This document shows, one piece after another, positions 1 to 11,000 of a stretch of DNA of 64,000 nt (position 1 is its first letter; each line of letters opens with the position of its first letter). Made by a program: the position numbers and the translations under genes. The notes under the pieces were generated by a model. It did no database searches, was not told where the DNA came from, and saw only the letters and a program-made list of their open reading frames with translations. This stretch comes from the human T2T-CHM13v2.0 reference genome, Homo sapiens: NCBI RefSeq assembly GCF_009914755.1, contig NC_060942.1; one strand, given 5' to 3'.

Positions 1-300
1 CAGCGTTCTGAGAAACATCTTTGTGATGTTTGTATTCAGGACACAGAGTTGAACATTCCCTATCATAGAGCAGGTTTGAATCACTCCTTTTGTAGTATCT
101 GGAAGTGGACATTTGGAGCGCTTTCAGGCCTATGTTGGAAAAGGAAATATCTTCCCATAACAACTAGACAGAAGCATTCTCAGAAACTTATTTGAGATGT
201 GTGTACTCAACTAAGAGAATTGAACCACCGTTTTGAAGGAGCAGTTTTGAAACACTCTTTTTCTGGAATCTGCAAGTGGATATTTGGCTAGCTTTGGGGA

Positions 301-317
301 TTTCGCTGGAAGCGGGA
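301..317 (+). promoter_or_regulatory. CENP-B box (m2), recurs in each HOR
   Basis: TTTCGCTGGAAGCGGGA matches NTTCGNNNNANNCGGGN with all 9 essential bases. Confidence 0.9.
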
Positions 318-466
318 ATACATATAAAAAGCACACAGCAGCGTTCTGAGAAACTGCTTTCTGATGTTTGCATTCAAGTCAAAAGTTGAACACTCCCTTT
401 CATAGAGCAGTCTTGAAACACCCCTTTTGTAGTATCTGGAACTGGACTTTTGGAGCGATTTCAGGG

Positions 467-483
467 CTAAGGTGAAAAAGGAA
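467..483 (+). promoter_or_regulatory. pJ-alpha-like (A-box) motif in A-type monomer m3; also at 1827-1843 in m11
   Basis: CTAAGGTGAAAAAGGAA resembles the pJ-alpha consensus CTAYGGTGRAAAAGGAA and occupies the position homologous to the CENP-B box in the alternating monomers. Confidence 0.7.
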
Positions 484-637
484 ATATCTTCCCATAAAAA
501 CTGGACAGAAGCATTCTCAGAAACTTGTTTATGCTGTATCTACTCAACTAACAAAGTTGAACCTTTCTTTTGATAGAGCAGTTTTGAAATGGTCTTTTTG
601 TGGAATCTGCAAGTGGATATTTGGCTAGTTTTGAGGA

Positions 638-654
638 TTTCGTTGGAAGCGGGA
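638..654 (+). promoter_or_regulatory. CENP-B box (m4), recurs in each HOR
   Basis: TTTCGTTGGAAGCGGGA; its 3' end overlaps the EcoRI site at 653-658. Confidence 0.93.
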
Positions 655-975
655 ATTCATACAAATTGCAGACTGCAGCGTTCTGAGAAACATCTTTGTG
701 ATGTTTGTATTCAGGACACAGAGTTGAACATTCCCTATCATAGAGCAGGTTGGAATCACTCCTTTTGTAGTATCTGGAAGTGGACATTTGGAGCGCTTTC
801 AGGCCTATTTTGGAAAGGGAAATATCTTCCCGTAACAACTATGCAGAAGCATTCTCAGAAACTTGTTTGTGATGTGTGCCCTCTACTGACAGAGTTGAAC
901 CTTTCTTTTCATAGAGCAGTTTTGAAACACTCTTTTTGTAGAATCTGCAAGAGGATATTTGCATAGCTTTGAGGA

Positions 976-992
976 TTTCGTGGGAAACGGGA
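976..992 (+). promoter_or_regulatory. CENP-B box (m6), recurs in each HOR
   Basis: TTTCGTGGGAAACGGGA; 9 core bases intact. Confidence 0.9.
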
Positions 993-1317
993 TTGTCTTC
1001 AGGTAAAATCTAGACAGAAGCATTCTCAGAAACTTCTTTGGGATGTTTGCATTCAAGTCACAGAGTAGAACATTCCCTTTGGTAGAGCAGGTTTGAAACA
1101 CTCTTTTTGTAGTATCTGGAAGTGGACATTTGGAGCGCTTTCAGGCCCATGTTGGAAAGGGAAATATCTTCCCGTAACAACTAGGCAGAAGCATTCTCAG
1201 AAACTTATTTGAGATGTGTGTACTCAACTAAGAGAATTGAACCACCGTTTTGAAGGAGCAGTTTTGAAACACTCTTTTTCTGGAATCTGCAAGAGGATAT
1301 TTGCCTAGCCTTGAGGA

Positions 1318-1334
1318 TTTCGTTGGAAACGGGA
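1318..1334 (+). promoter_or_regulatory. CENP-B box (m8), recurs in each HOR
   Basis: TTTCGTTGGAAACGGGA, the canonical box. Confidence 0.95.
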
Positions 1335-1659
1335 TTGTCTTCAGAGAAAATCTAGACAGAAGCATTCTCAGAAACTTCTTTGGGATGCTTGCATTCAAGT
1401 CACAGAGTAGAACATTCCCTTTGGTAGAGCAGGTTTGAAACACTCTTTTTGTAGTATCTGGAAGTGGACATTTGGAGCGCTTTCAGGCCTACGTTGGAAA
1501 AGGAAATATCTTCCCATAACAACTAGACAGAAGCATTCTCAGAAACTAGTTTCTGATGTGTGTCCTCAACTAACACAGTTGAACATTTCTTTAGACAGAA
1601 CAGTTTTGAAACACTCTTTTTGTGGAATCTGCAAGTGGCTATTTGGCTAGATTTGAGGA

Positions 1660-1676
1660 TTTCGTTGGAAACGGGA
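1660..1676 (+). promoter_or_regulatory. CENP-B box (m10), recurs in each HOR
   Basis: TTTCGTTGGAAACGGGA, the canonical box. Confidence 0.95.
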
Positions 1677-1997
1677 TTACATATAAAAAGCAGTCAGCAG
1701 CATTCTCAGAAAGTTCTTTGTGATGATTGCATTCAAGTCACAGAATTGAACATTCCCTTTCACAGAGCAGGTTTGAAACACTCTTTTTGTAGTGTGTGTA
1801 AGTGGACATTTGGAGCACTTACCGGCCTAAGGTGAAAAAGGAAATATCTTCCCATAAAAACTAGACAGAAGCATTCTCAGAAACTTACTCGTGATGTGTG
1901 TCCTCAACTAAAGGAGTAGAACCTTTCTTTTCATAGAGAAGTTTTGAAACGCTCTTTTTGTGGAATCTGCAAGTGGATATTTGGCTAGTTTTGAGGA

Positions 1998-2014
1998 TTT
2001 CGTTGGAAGCGGGA
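1998..2014 (+). promoter_or_regulatory. CENP-B box (m12), recurs in each HOR
   Basis: TTTCGTTGGAAGCGGGA; overlaps the EcoRI site at 2013-2018. Confidence 0.93.
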
Positions 2015-5000
2015 ATTCATACAAATTGCAGACTGCAGCGTTCTGAGAAACATCTTTGTGATGTTTGTATTCAGGACACAGAGTTGAACATTCCCTATCA
2101 TAGAGCAGGTTTGAATCACTCCTTTTGTAGTATCTGGAAGTGGACATTTGGAGCGCTTTCAGGCCTATGTTGGAAAAGGAAATATCTTCCCATAACAACT
2201 AGACAGAAGCATTCTCAGAAACTTATTTGAGATGTGTGTACTCAACTAAGAGAATTGAACCACCGTTTTGAAGGAGCAGTTTTGAAACTCTCTTTTTCTG
2301 GAATCTGCAAGTGGATATTTGGCTAGCTTTGGGGATTTCGCTGGAAGCGGGAATACATATAAAAAGCACACAGCAGCGTTCTGAGAAACTGCTTTCTGAT
2401 GTTTGCATTCAAGTCAAAAGTTGAACACTCCCTTTCATAGAGCAGTCCTGAAACACCCCTTTTGTAGTATCTGGAACTGGACTTTTGGAGCGATTTCAGG
2501 GCTAAGGTGAAAAAGGAAATATCTTCCCATAAAAACTGGACAGAAGCATTCTCAGAAACTTGTTTATGCTGTATCTACTCAACTAACAAAGTTGAACCTT
2601 TCTTTTGATAGAGCAGTTTTGAAATGGTCTTTTTGTGGAATCTGCAAGTGGATATTTGGCTAGTTTTGAGGATTTCGTTGGAAGCGGGAATTCATACAAA
2701 TTGCAGACTGCAGCGTTCTGAGAAACATCTTTGTGATGTTTGTATTCAGGACACAGAGTTGAACATTCCCTATCATAGAGCAGGTTGGAATCACTCCTTT
2801 TGTAGTATCTGGAAGTGGACATTTGGAGCGCTTTCAGGCCTATTTTGGAAAGGGAAATATCTTCCCGTAACAACTATGCAGAAGCATTCTCAGAAACTTG
2901 TTTGTGATGTGTGCCCTCTACTGACAGAGTTGAACCTTTCTTTTCATAGAGCAGTTTTGAAACACTCTTTTTGTAGAATCTGCAAGAGGATATTTGCATA
3001 GCTTTGAGGATTTCGTGGGAAACGGGATTGTCTTCAGGTAAAATCTAGACAGAAGCATTCTCAGAAACTTCTTTGGGATGTTTGCATTCAAGTCACAGAG
3101 TAGAACATTCCCTTTGGTAGAGCAGGTTTGAAACACTCTTTTTGTAGTATCTGGAAGTGGACATTTGGAGCGCTTTCAGGCCCATGTTGGAAAGGGAAAT
3201 ATCTTCCCGTAACAACTAGGCAGAAGCATTCTCAGAAACTTATTTGAGATGTGTGTACTCAACTAAGAGAATTGAACCACCGTTTTGAAGGAGCAGTTTT
3301 GAAACACTCTTTTTCTGGAATCTGCAAGAGGATATTTGCCTAGCCTTGAGGATTTCGTTGGAAACGGGATTGTCTTCAGAGAAAATCTAGACAGAAGCAT
3401 TCTCAGAAACTTCTTTGGGATGCTTGCATTCAAGTCACAGAGTAGAACATTCCCTTTGGTAGAGCAGGTTTGAAACACTCTTTTTGTAGTATCTGGAAGT
3501 GGACATTTGGAGCGCTTTCAGGCCTACGTTGGAAAAGGAAATATCTTCCCATAACAACTAGACAGAAGCATTCTCAGAAACTCGTTTCTGATGTGTGTCC
3601 TCAACTAACACAGTTGAACATTTCTTTAGACAGAACAGTTTTGAAACACTCTTTTTGTGGAATCTGCAAGTGGCTATTTGGCTAGATTTGAGGATTTCGT
3701 TGGAAACGGGATTACATATAAAAAGCAGTCAGCAGCATTCTCAGAAAGTTCTTTGTGATGATTGCATTCAAGTCACAGAATTGAACATTCCCTTTCACAG
3801 AGCAGGTTTGAAACACTCTTTTTGTAGTGTGTGTAAGTGGACATTTGGAGCACTTACCGGCCTAAGGTGAAAAAGGAAATATCTTCCCATAAAAACTAGA
3901 CAGAAGCATTCTCAGAAACTTACTCGTGATGTGTGTCCTCAACTAAAGGAGTAGAACCTTTCTTTTCATAGAGAAGTTTTGAAACGCTCTTTTTGTGGAA
4001 TCTGCAAGTGGATATTTGGCTAGTTTTGAGGATTTCGTTGGAAGCGGGAATTCATACAAATTGCAGACTGCAGCGTTCTGAGAAACATCTTTGTGATGTT
4101 TGTATTCAGGACACAGAGTTGAACATTCCCTATCATAGAGCAGGTTTGAATCACTCCTTTTGTAGTATCTGGAAGTGGACATTTGGAGCGCTTTCAGGCC
4201 TATGTTGGAAAAGGAAATATCTTCCCATAACAACTAGACAGAAGCATTCTCAGAAACTTATTTGAGATGTGTGTACTCAACTAAGAGAATTGAACCACCG
4301 TTTTGAAGGAGCAGTTTTGAAACTCTCTTTTTCTGGAATCTGCAAGTGGATATTTGGCTAGCTTTGGGGATTTCGCTGGAAGCGGGAATACATATAAAAA
4401 GCACACAGCAGCGTTCTGAGAAACTGCTTTCTGATGTTTGCATTCAAGTCAAAAGTTGAACACTCCCTTTCATAGAGCAGTCCTGAAACACCCCTTTTGT
4501 AGTATCTGGAACTGGACTTTTGGAGCGATTTCAGGGCTAAGGTGAAAAAGGAAATATCTTCCCATAAAAACTGGACAGAAGCATTCTCAGAAACTTGTTT
4601 ATGCTGTATCTACTCAACTAACAAAGTTGAACCTTTCTTTTGATAGAGCAGTTTTGAAATGGTCTTTTTGTGGAATCTGCAAGTGGATATTTGGCTAGTT
4701 TTGAGGATTTCGTTGGAAGCGGGAATTCATACAAATTGCAGACTGCAGCGTTCTGAGAAACATCTTTGTGATGTTTGTATTCAGGACACAGAGTTGAACA
4801 TTCCCTATCATAGAGCAGGTTGGAATCACTCCTTTTGTAGTATCTGGAAGTGGACATTTGGAGCGCTTTCAGGCCTATTTTGGAAAGGGAAATATCTTCC
4901 CGTAACAACTATGCAGAAGCATTCTCAGAAACTTGTTTGTGATGTGTGCCCTCTACTGACAGAGTTGAACCTTTCTTTTCATAGAGCAGTTTTGAAACAC

Positions 5001-8000
5001 TCTTTTTGTAGAATCTGCAAGAGGATATTTGCATAGCTTTGAGGATTTCGTGGGAAACGGGATTGTCTTCAGGTAAAATCTAGACAGAAGCATTCTCAGA
5101 AACTTCTTTGGGATGTTTGCATTCAAGTCACAGAGTAGAACATTCCCTTTGGTAGAGCAGGTTTGAAACACTCTTTTTGTAGTATCTGGAAGTGGACATT
5201 TGGAGCGCTTTCAGGCCCATGTTGGAAAGGGAAATATCTTCCCGTAACAACTAGGCAGAAGCATTCTCAGAAACTTATTTGAGATGTGTGTACTCAACTA
5301 AGAGAATTGAACCACCGTTTTGAAGGAGCAGTTTTGAAACACTCTTTTTCTGGAATCTGCAAGAGGATATTTGCCTAGCCTTGAGGATTTCGTTGGAAAC
5401 GGGATTGTCTTCAGAGAAAATCTAGACAGAAGCATTCTCAGAAACTTCTTTGGGATGCTTGCATTCAAGTCACAGAGTAGAACATTCCCTTTGGTAGAGC
5501 AGGTTTGAAACACTCTTTTTTTAGTATATGGAAGTGGACATTTGGAGCGCTTTCAGGCCTACGTTGGAAAAGGAAATATCTTCCCATAACAACTAGACAG
5601 AAGCATTCTCAGAAACTAGTTTCTGATGTGTGTCCTCAACTAACACAGTTGAACATTTCTTTAGACAGAACAGTTTTGAAACACTCTTTTTGTGGAATCT
5701 GCAAGTGGCTATTTGGCTAGATTTGAGGATTTCGTTGGAAACGGGATTACATATAAAAAGCAGTCAGCAGCATTCTCAGAAAGTTCTTTGTGATGATTGC
5801 ATTCAAGTCACAGAATTGAACATTCCCTTTCACAGAGCAGGTTTGAAACACTCTTTTTGTAGTGTGTGTAAGTGGACATTTGGAGCACTTACCGGCCTAA
5901 GGTGAAAAAGGAAATATCTTCCCATAAAAACTAGACAGAAGCATTCTCAGAAACTTACTCGTGATGTGTGTCCTCAACTAAAGGAGTAGAACCTTTCTTT
6001 TCATAGAGAAGTTTTGAAACGCTCTTTTTGTGGAATCTGCAAGTGGATATTTGGCTAGTTTTGAGGATTTCGTTGGAAGCGGGAATTCATACAAATTGCA
6101 GACTGCAGCGTTCTGAGAAACATCTTTGTGATGTTTGTATTCAGGACACAGAGTTGAACATTCCCTATCATAGAGCAGGTTTGAATCACTCCTTTTGTAG
6201 TATCTGGAAGTGGACATTTGGAGCGCTTTCAGGCCTATGTTGGAAAAGGAAATATCTTCCCATAACAACTAGACAGAAGCATTCTCAGAAACTTATTTGA
6301 GATGTGTGTACTCAACTAAGAGAATTGAACCACCGTTTTGAAGGAGCAGTTTTGAAACTCTCTTTTTCTGGAATCTGCAAGTGGATATTTGGCTAGCTTT
6401 GGGGATTTCGCTGGAAGCGGGAATACATATAAAAAGCACACAGCAGCGTTCTGAGAAACTGCTTTCTGATGTTTGCATTCAAGTCAAAAGTTGAACACTC
6501 CCTTTCATAGAGCAGTCCTGAAACACCCCTTTTGTAGTATCTGGAACTGGACTTTTGGAGCGATTTCAGGGCTAAGGTGAAAAAGGAAATATCTTCCCAT
6601 AAAAACTGGACAGAAGCATTCTCAGAAACTTGTTTATGCTGTATCTACTCAACTAACAAAGTTGAACCTTTCTTTTGATAGAGCAGTTTTGAAATGGTCT
6701 TTTTGTGGAATCTGCAAGTGGATATTTGGCTAGTTTTGAGGATTTCGTTGGAAGCGGGAATTCATACAAATTGCAGACTGCAGCGTTCTGAGAAACATCT
6801 TTGTGATGTTTGTATTCAGGACACAGAGTTGAACATTCCCTATCATAGAGCAGGTTGGAATCACTCCTTTTGTAGTATCTGGAAGTGGACATTTGGAGCG
6901 CTTTCAGGCCTATTTTGGAAAGGGAAATATCTTCCCGTAACAACTATGCAGAAGCATTCTCAGAAACTTGTTTGTGATGTGTGCCCTCTACTGACAGAGT
7001 TGAACCTTTCTTTTCATAGAGCAGTTTTGAAACACTCTTTTTGTAGAATCTGCAAGAGGATATTTGCATAGCTTTGAGGATTTCGTGGGAAACGGGATTG
7101 TCTTCAGGTAAAATCTAGACAGAAGCATTCTCAGAAACTTCTTTGGGATGTTTGCATTCAAGTCACAGAGTAGAACATTCCCTTTGGTAGAGCAGGTTTG
7201 AAACACTCTTTTTGTAGTATCTGGAAGTGGACATTTGGAGCGCTTTCAGGCCCATGTTGGAAAGGGAAATATCTTCCCGTAACAACTAGGCAGAAGCATT
7301 CTCAGAAACTTATTTGAGATGTGTGTACTCAACTAAGAGAATTGAACCACCGTTTTGAAGGAGCAGTTTTGAAACACTCTTTTTCTGGAATCTGCAAGAG
7401 GATATTTGCCTAGCCTTGAGGATTTCGTTGGAAACGGGATTGTCTTCAGAGAAAATCTAGACAGAAGCATTCTCAGAAACTTCTTTGGGATGTTTGCATT
7501 CAAGTCACAGAGTAGAACATTCCCTTTGGTAGAGCAGGTTTGAAACACTCTTTTTGTAGTATCTGGAAGTGGACATTTGGAGCGCTTTCAGGCCTACGTT
7601 GGAAAAGGAAATATCTTCCCATAACAACTAGACAGAAGCATTCTCAGAAACTAGTTTCTGATGTGTGTCCTCAACTAACACAGTTGAACATTTCTTTAGA
7701 CAGAACAGTTTTGAAACACTCTTTTTGTGGAATCTGCAAGTGGCTATTTGGCTAGATTTGAGGATTTCGTTGGAAACGGGATTACATATAAAAAGCAGTC
7801 AGCAGCATTCTCAGAAAGTTCTTTGTGATGATTGCATTCAAGTCACAGAATTGAACATTCCCTTTCACAGAGCAGGTTTGAAACACTCTTTTTGTAGTGT
7901 GTGTAAGTGGACATTTGGAGCACTTACCGGCCTAAGGTGAAAAAGGAAATATCTTCCCATAAAAACTAGACAGAAGCATTCTCAGAAACTTACTCGTGAT

Positions 8001-11000
8001 GTGTGTCCTCAACTAAAGGAGTAGAACCTTTCTTTTCATAGAGAAGTTTTGAAACGCTCTTTTTGTGGAATCTGCAAGTGGATATTTGGCTAGTTTTGAG
8101 GATTTCGTTGGAAGCGGGAATTCATACAAATTGCAGACTGCAGCGTTCTGAGAAACATCTTTGTGATGTTTGTATTCAGGACACAGAGTTGAACATTCCC
8201 TATCATAGAGCAGGTTTGAATCACTCCTTTTGTAGTATCTGGAAGTGGACATTTGGAGCGCTTTCAGGCCTATGTTGGAAAAGGAAATATCTTCCCATAA
8301 CAACTAGACAGAAGCATTCTCAGAAACTTATTTGAGATGTGTGTACTCAACTAAGAGAATTGAACCACCGTTTTGAAGGAGCAGTTTTGAAACTCTCTTT
8401 TTCTGGAATCTGCAAGTGGATATTTGGCTAGCTTTGGGGATTTCGCTGGAAGCGGGAATACATATAAAAAGCACACAGCAGCGTTCTGAGAAACTGCTTT
8501 CTGATGTTTGCATTCAAGTCAAAAGTTGAACACTCCCTTTCATAGAGCAGTCTTGAAACACCCCTTTTGTAGTATCTGGAACTGGACTTTTGGAGCGATT
8601 TCACGGCTAAGGTGAAAAAGGAAATATCTTCCCATAAAAACTGGACAGAAGCATTCTCAGAAACTTGGTTATGCTGTATCTACTCAACTAACAAAGTTGA
8701 ACCTTTCTTTTGATAGAGCAGTTTTGAAATGGTCTTTTTGTGGAATCTGCAAGTGGATATTTGGCTAGTTTTGAGGATTTCGTTGGAAGCGGGAATTCAT
8801 ACAAATTGCAGACTGCAGCGTTCTGAGAAACATCTTTGTGATGTTTGTATTCAGGACACAGAGTTGAACATTCCCTATCATAGAGCAGGTTGGAATCACT
8901 CCTTTTGTAGTATCTGGAAATGGACATTTGGAGCGCTTTCAGGCCTATTTTGGAAAGGGAAATATCTTCCCGTAACAACTATGCAGAAGCATTCTCAGAA
9001 ACTTGTTTGTGATGTGTGCCCTCTACTGACAGAGTTGAACCTTTCTTTTCATAGAGCAGTTTTGAAACACTCTTTTTGTAGAATCTGCAAGAGGATATTT
9101 GCATAGCTTTGAGGATTTCGTGGGAAACGGGATTGTCTTCAGGTAAAATCTAGACAGAAGCATTCTCAGAAACTTCTTTGGGATGTTTGCATTCAAGTCA
9201 CAGAGTAGAACATTCCCTTTGGTAGAGCAGGTTTGAAACACTCTTTTTGTAGTATCTGGAAGTGGACATTTGGAGCGCTTTCAGGCCCATGTTGGAAAGG
9301 GAAATATCTTCCCGTAACAACTAGGCAGAAGCATTCTCAGAAACTTATTTGAGATGTGTGTACTCAACTAAGAGAATTGAACCACCGTTTTGAAGGAGCA
9401 GTTTTGAAACACTCTTTTTCTGGAATCTGTAAGAGTATATTTGCCTAGCCTTGAGGATTTCGTTGGAAACGGGATTGTCTTCAGAGAAAATCTAGACAGA
9501 AGCATTCTCAGAAACTTCTTTGGGATGTTTGCATTCAAGTCACAGAGTAGAACATTCCCTTTGGTAGAGCAGGTTTGAAACACTCTTTTTGTAGTATCTG
9601 GAAGTGGACATTTGGAGCGCTTTCAGGCCTACGTTGGAAAAGGAAATATCTTCCCATAACAACTAGACAGAAGCATTCTCAGAAACTAGTTTCTGATGTG
9701 TGTCCTCAACTAACACAGTTGAACATTTCTTTAGACAGAACAGTTTTGAAACACTCTTTTTGTGGAATCTGCAAGTGGCTATTTGGCTAGATTTGAGGAT
9801 TTCGTTGGAAACGGGATTACATATAAAAAGCAGTCAGCAGCATTCTCAGAAAGTTCTTTGTGATGATTGCATTCAAGTCACAGAATTGAACATTCCCTTT
9901 CACAGAGCAGGTTTGAAACACTCTTTTTGTAGTGTGTGTAAGTGGACATTTGGAGCACTTACCGGCCTAAGGTGAAAAAGGAAATATCTTCCCATAAAAA
10001 CTAGACAGAAGCATTCTCAGAAACTTACTCGTGATGTGTGTCCTCAACTAAAGGAGTAGAACCTTTCTTTTCATAGAGAAGTTTTGAAACGCTCTTTTTG
10101 TGGAATCTGCAAGTGGATATTTGGCTAGTTTTGAGGATTTCGTTGGAAGCGGGAATTCATACAAATTGCAGACTGCAGCGTTCTGAGAAACATCTTTGTG
10201 ATGTTTGTATTCAGGACACAGAGTTGAACATTCCCTATCATAGAGCAGGTTGGAATCACTCCTTTTGTAGTATCTGGAAGTGGACATTTGGAGCGCTTTC
10301 AGGCCTATGTTGGAAAAGGAAATATCTTCCCATAACAACTAGACAGAAGCATTCTCAGAAACTTATTTGAGATGTGTGTACTCAACTAAGAGAATTGAAC
10401 CACCGTTTTGAAGGAGCAGTTTTGAAACTCTCTTTTTCTGGAATCTGCAAGTGGATATTTGGCTAGCTTTGGGGATTTCGCTGGAAGCGGGAATACATAT
10501 AAAAAGCACACAGCAGCGTTCTGAGAAACTGCTTTCTGATGTTTGCATTCAAGTCAAAAGTTGAACACTCCCTTTCATAGAGCAGTCTTGAAACACCCCT
10601 TTTGTAGTATCTGGAACTGGACTTTTGGAGCGATTTCAGGGCTAAGGTGAAAAAGGAAATATCTTCCCATAAAAACTGGACAGAAGCATTCTCAGAAACT
10701 TGTTTATGCTGTATCTACTCAACTAACAAAGTTGAACCTTTCTTTTGATAGAGCAGTTTTGAAATGGTCTTTTTGTGGAATCTGCAAGTGGATATTTGGC
10801 TAGTTTTGAGGATTTCGTTGGAAGCGGGAATTCATACAAATTGCAGACTGCAGCGTTCTGAGAAACATCTTTGTGATGTTTGTATTCAGGACACAGAGTT
10901 GAACATTCCCTATCATAGAGCAGGTTGGAATCACTCCTTTTGTAGTATCTGGAAGTGGACATTTGGAGCGCTTTCAGGCCTATTTTGGAAAGGGAAATAT

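Larger units (their letters stand above)
1..2035 (+). repeat. Representative canonical 12-mer HOR unit (monomers m1-m12, my numbering)
   Basis: Monomer starts, taken at the C of CATTCTCAGAAA/CGTTCTGAGAAA: 4, 175, 342, 512, 679, 850, 1021, 1192, 1363, 1534, 1701, 1872, next 2039. Lengths 171, 167, 170, 167, 171, 171, 171, 171, 171, 167, 171, 167 sum to 2035. Confidence 0.95.

Noticed and set aside
177-185. TTCTCAGAA / TTCTGAGAA dyad at every monomer start, resembling a STAT (TTCNNNGAA) site
   Set aside because: It is part of the general alpha-satellite consensus, and nothing in the sequence supports functional transcription-factor binding.
1-2035. Assignment to DXZ1, the other well-known ~2-kb 12-mer HOR
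   Set aside because: DXZ1 is a pentameric SF3 HOR of about 2057 bp. This unit is 2035 bp with strict dimeric CENP-B-box alternation and a 1360 + 675 EcoRI pattern.
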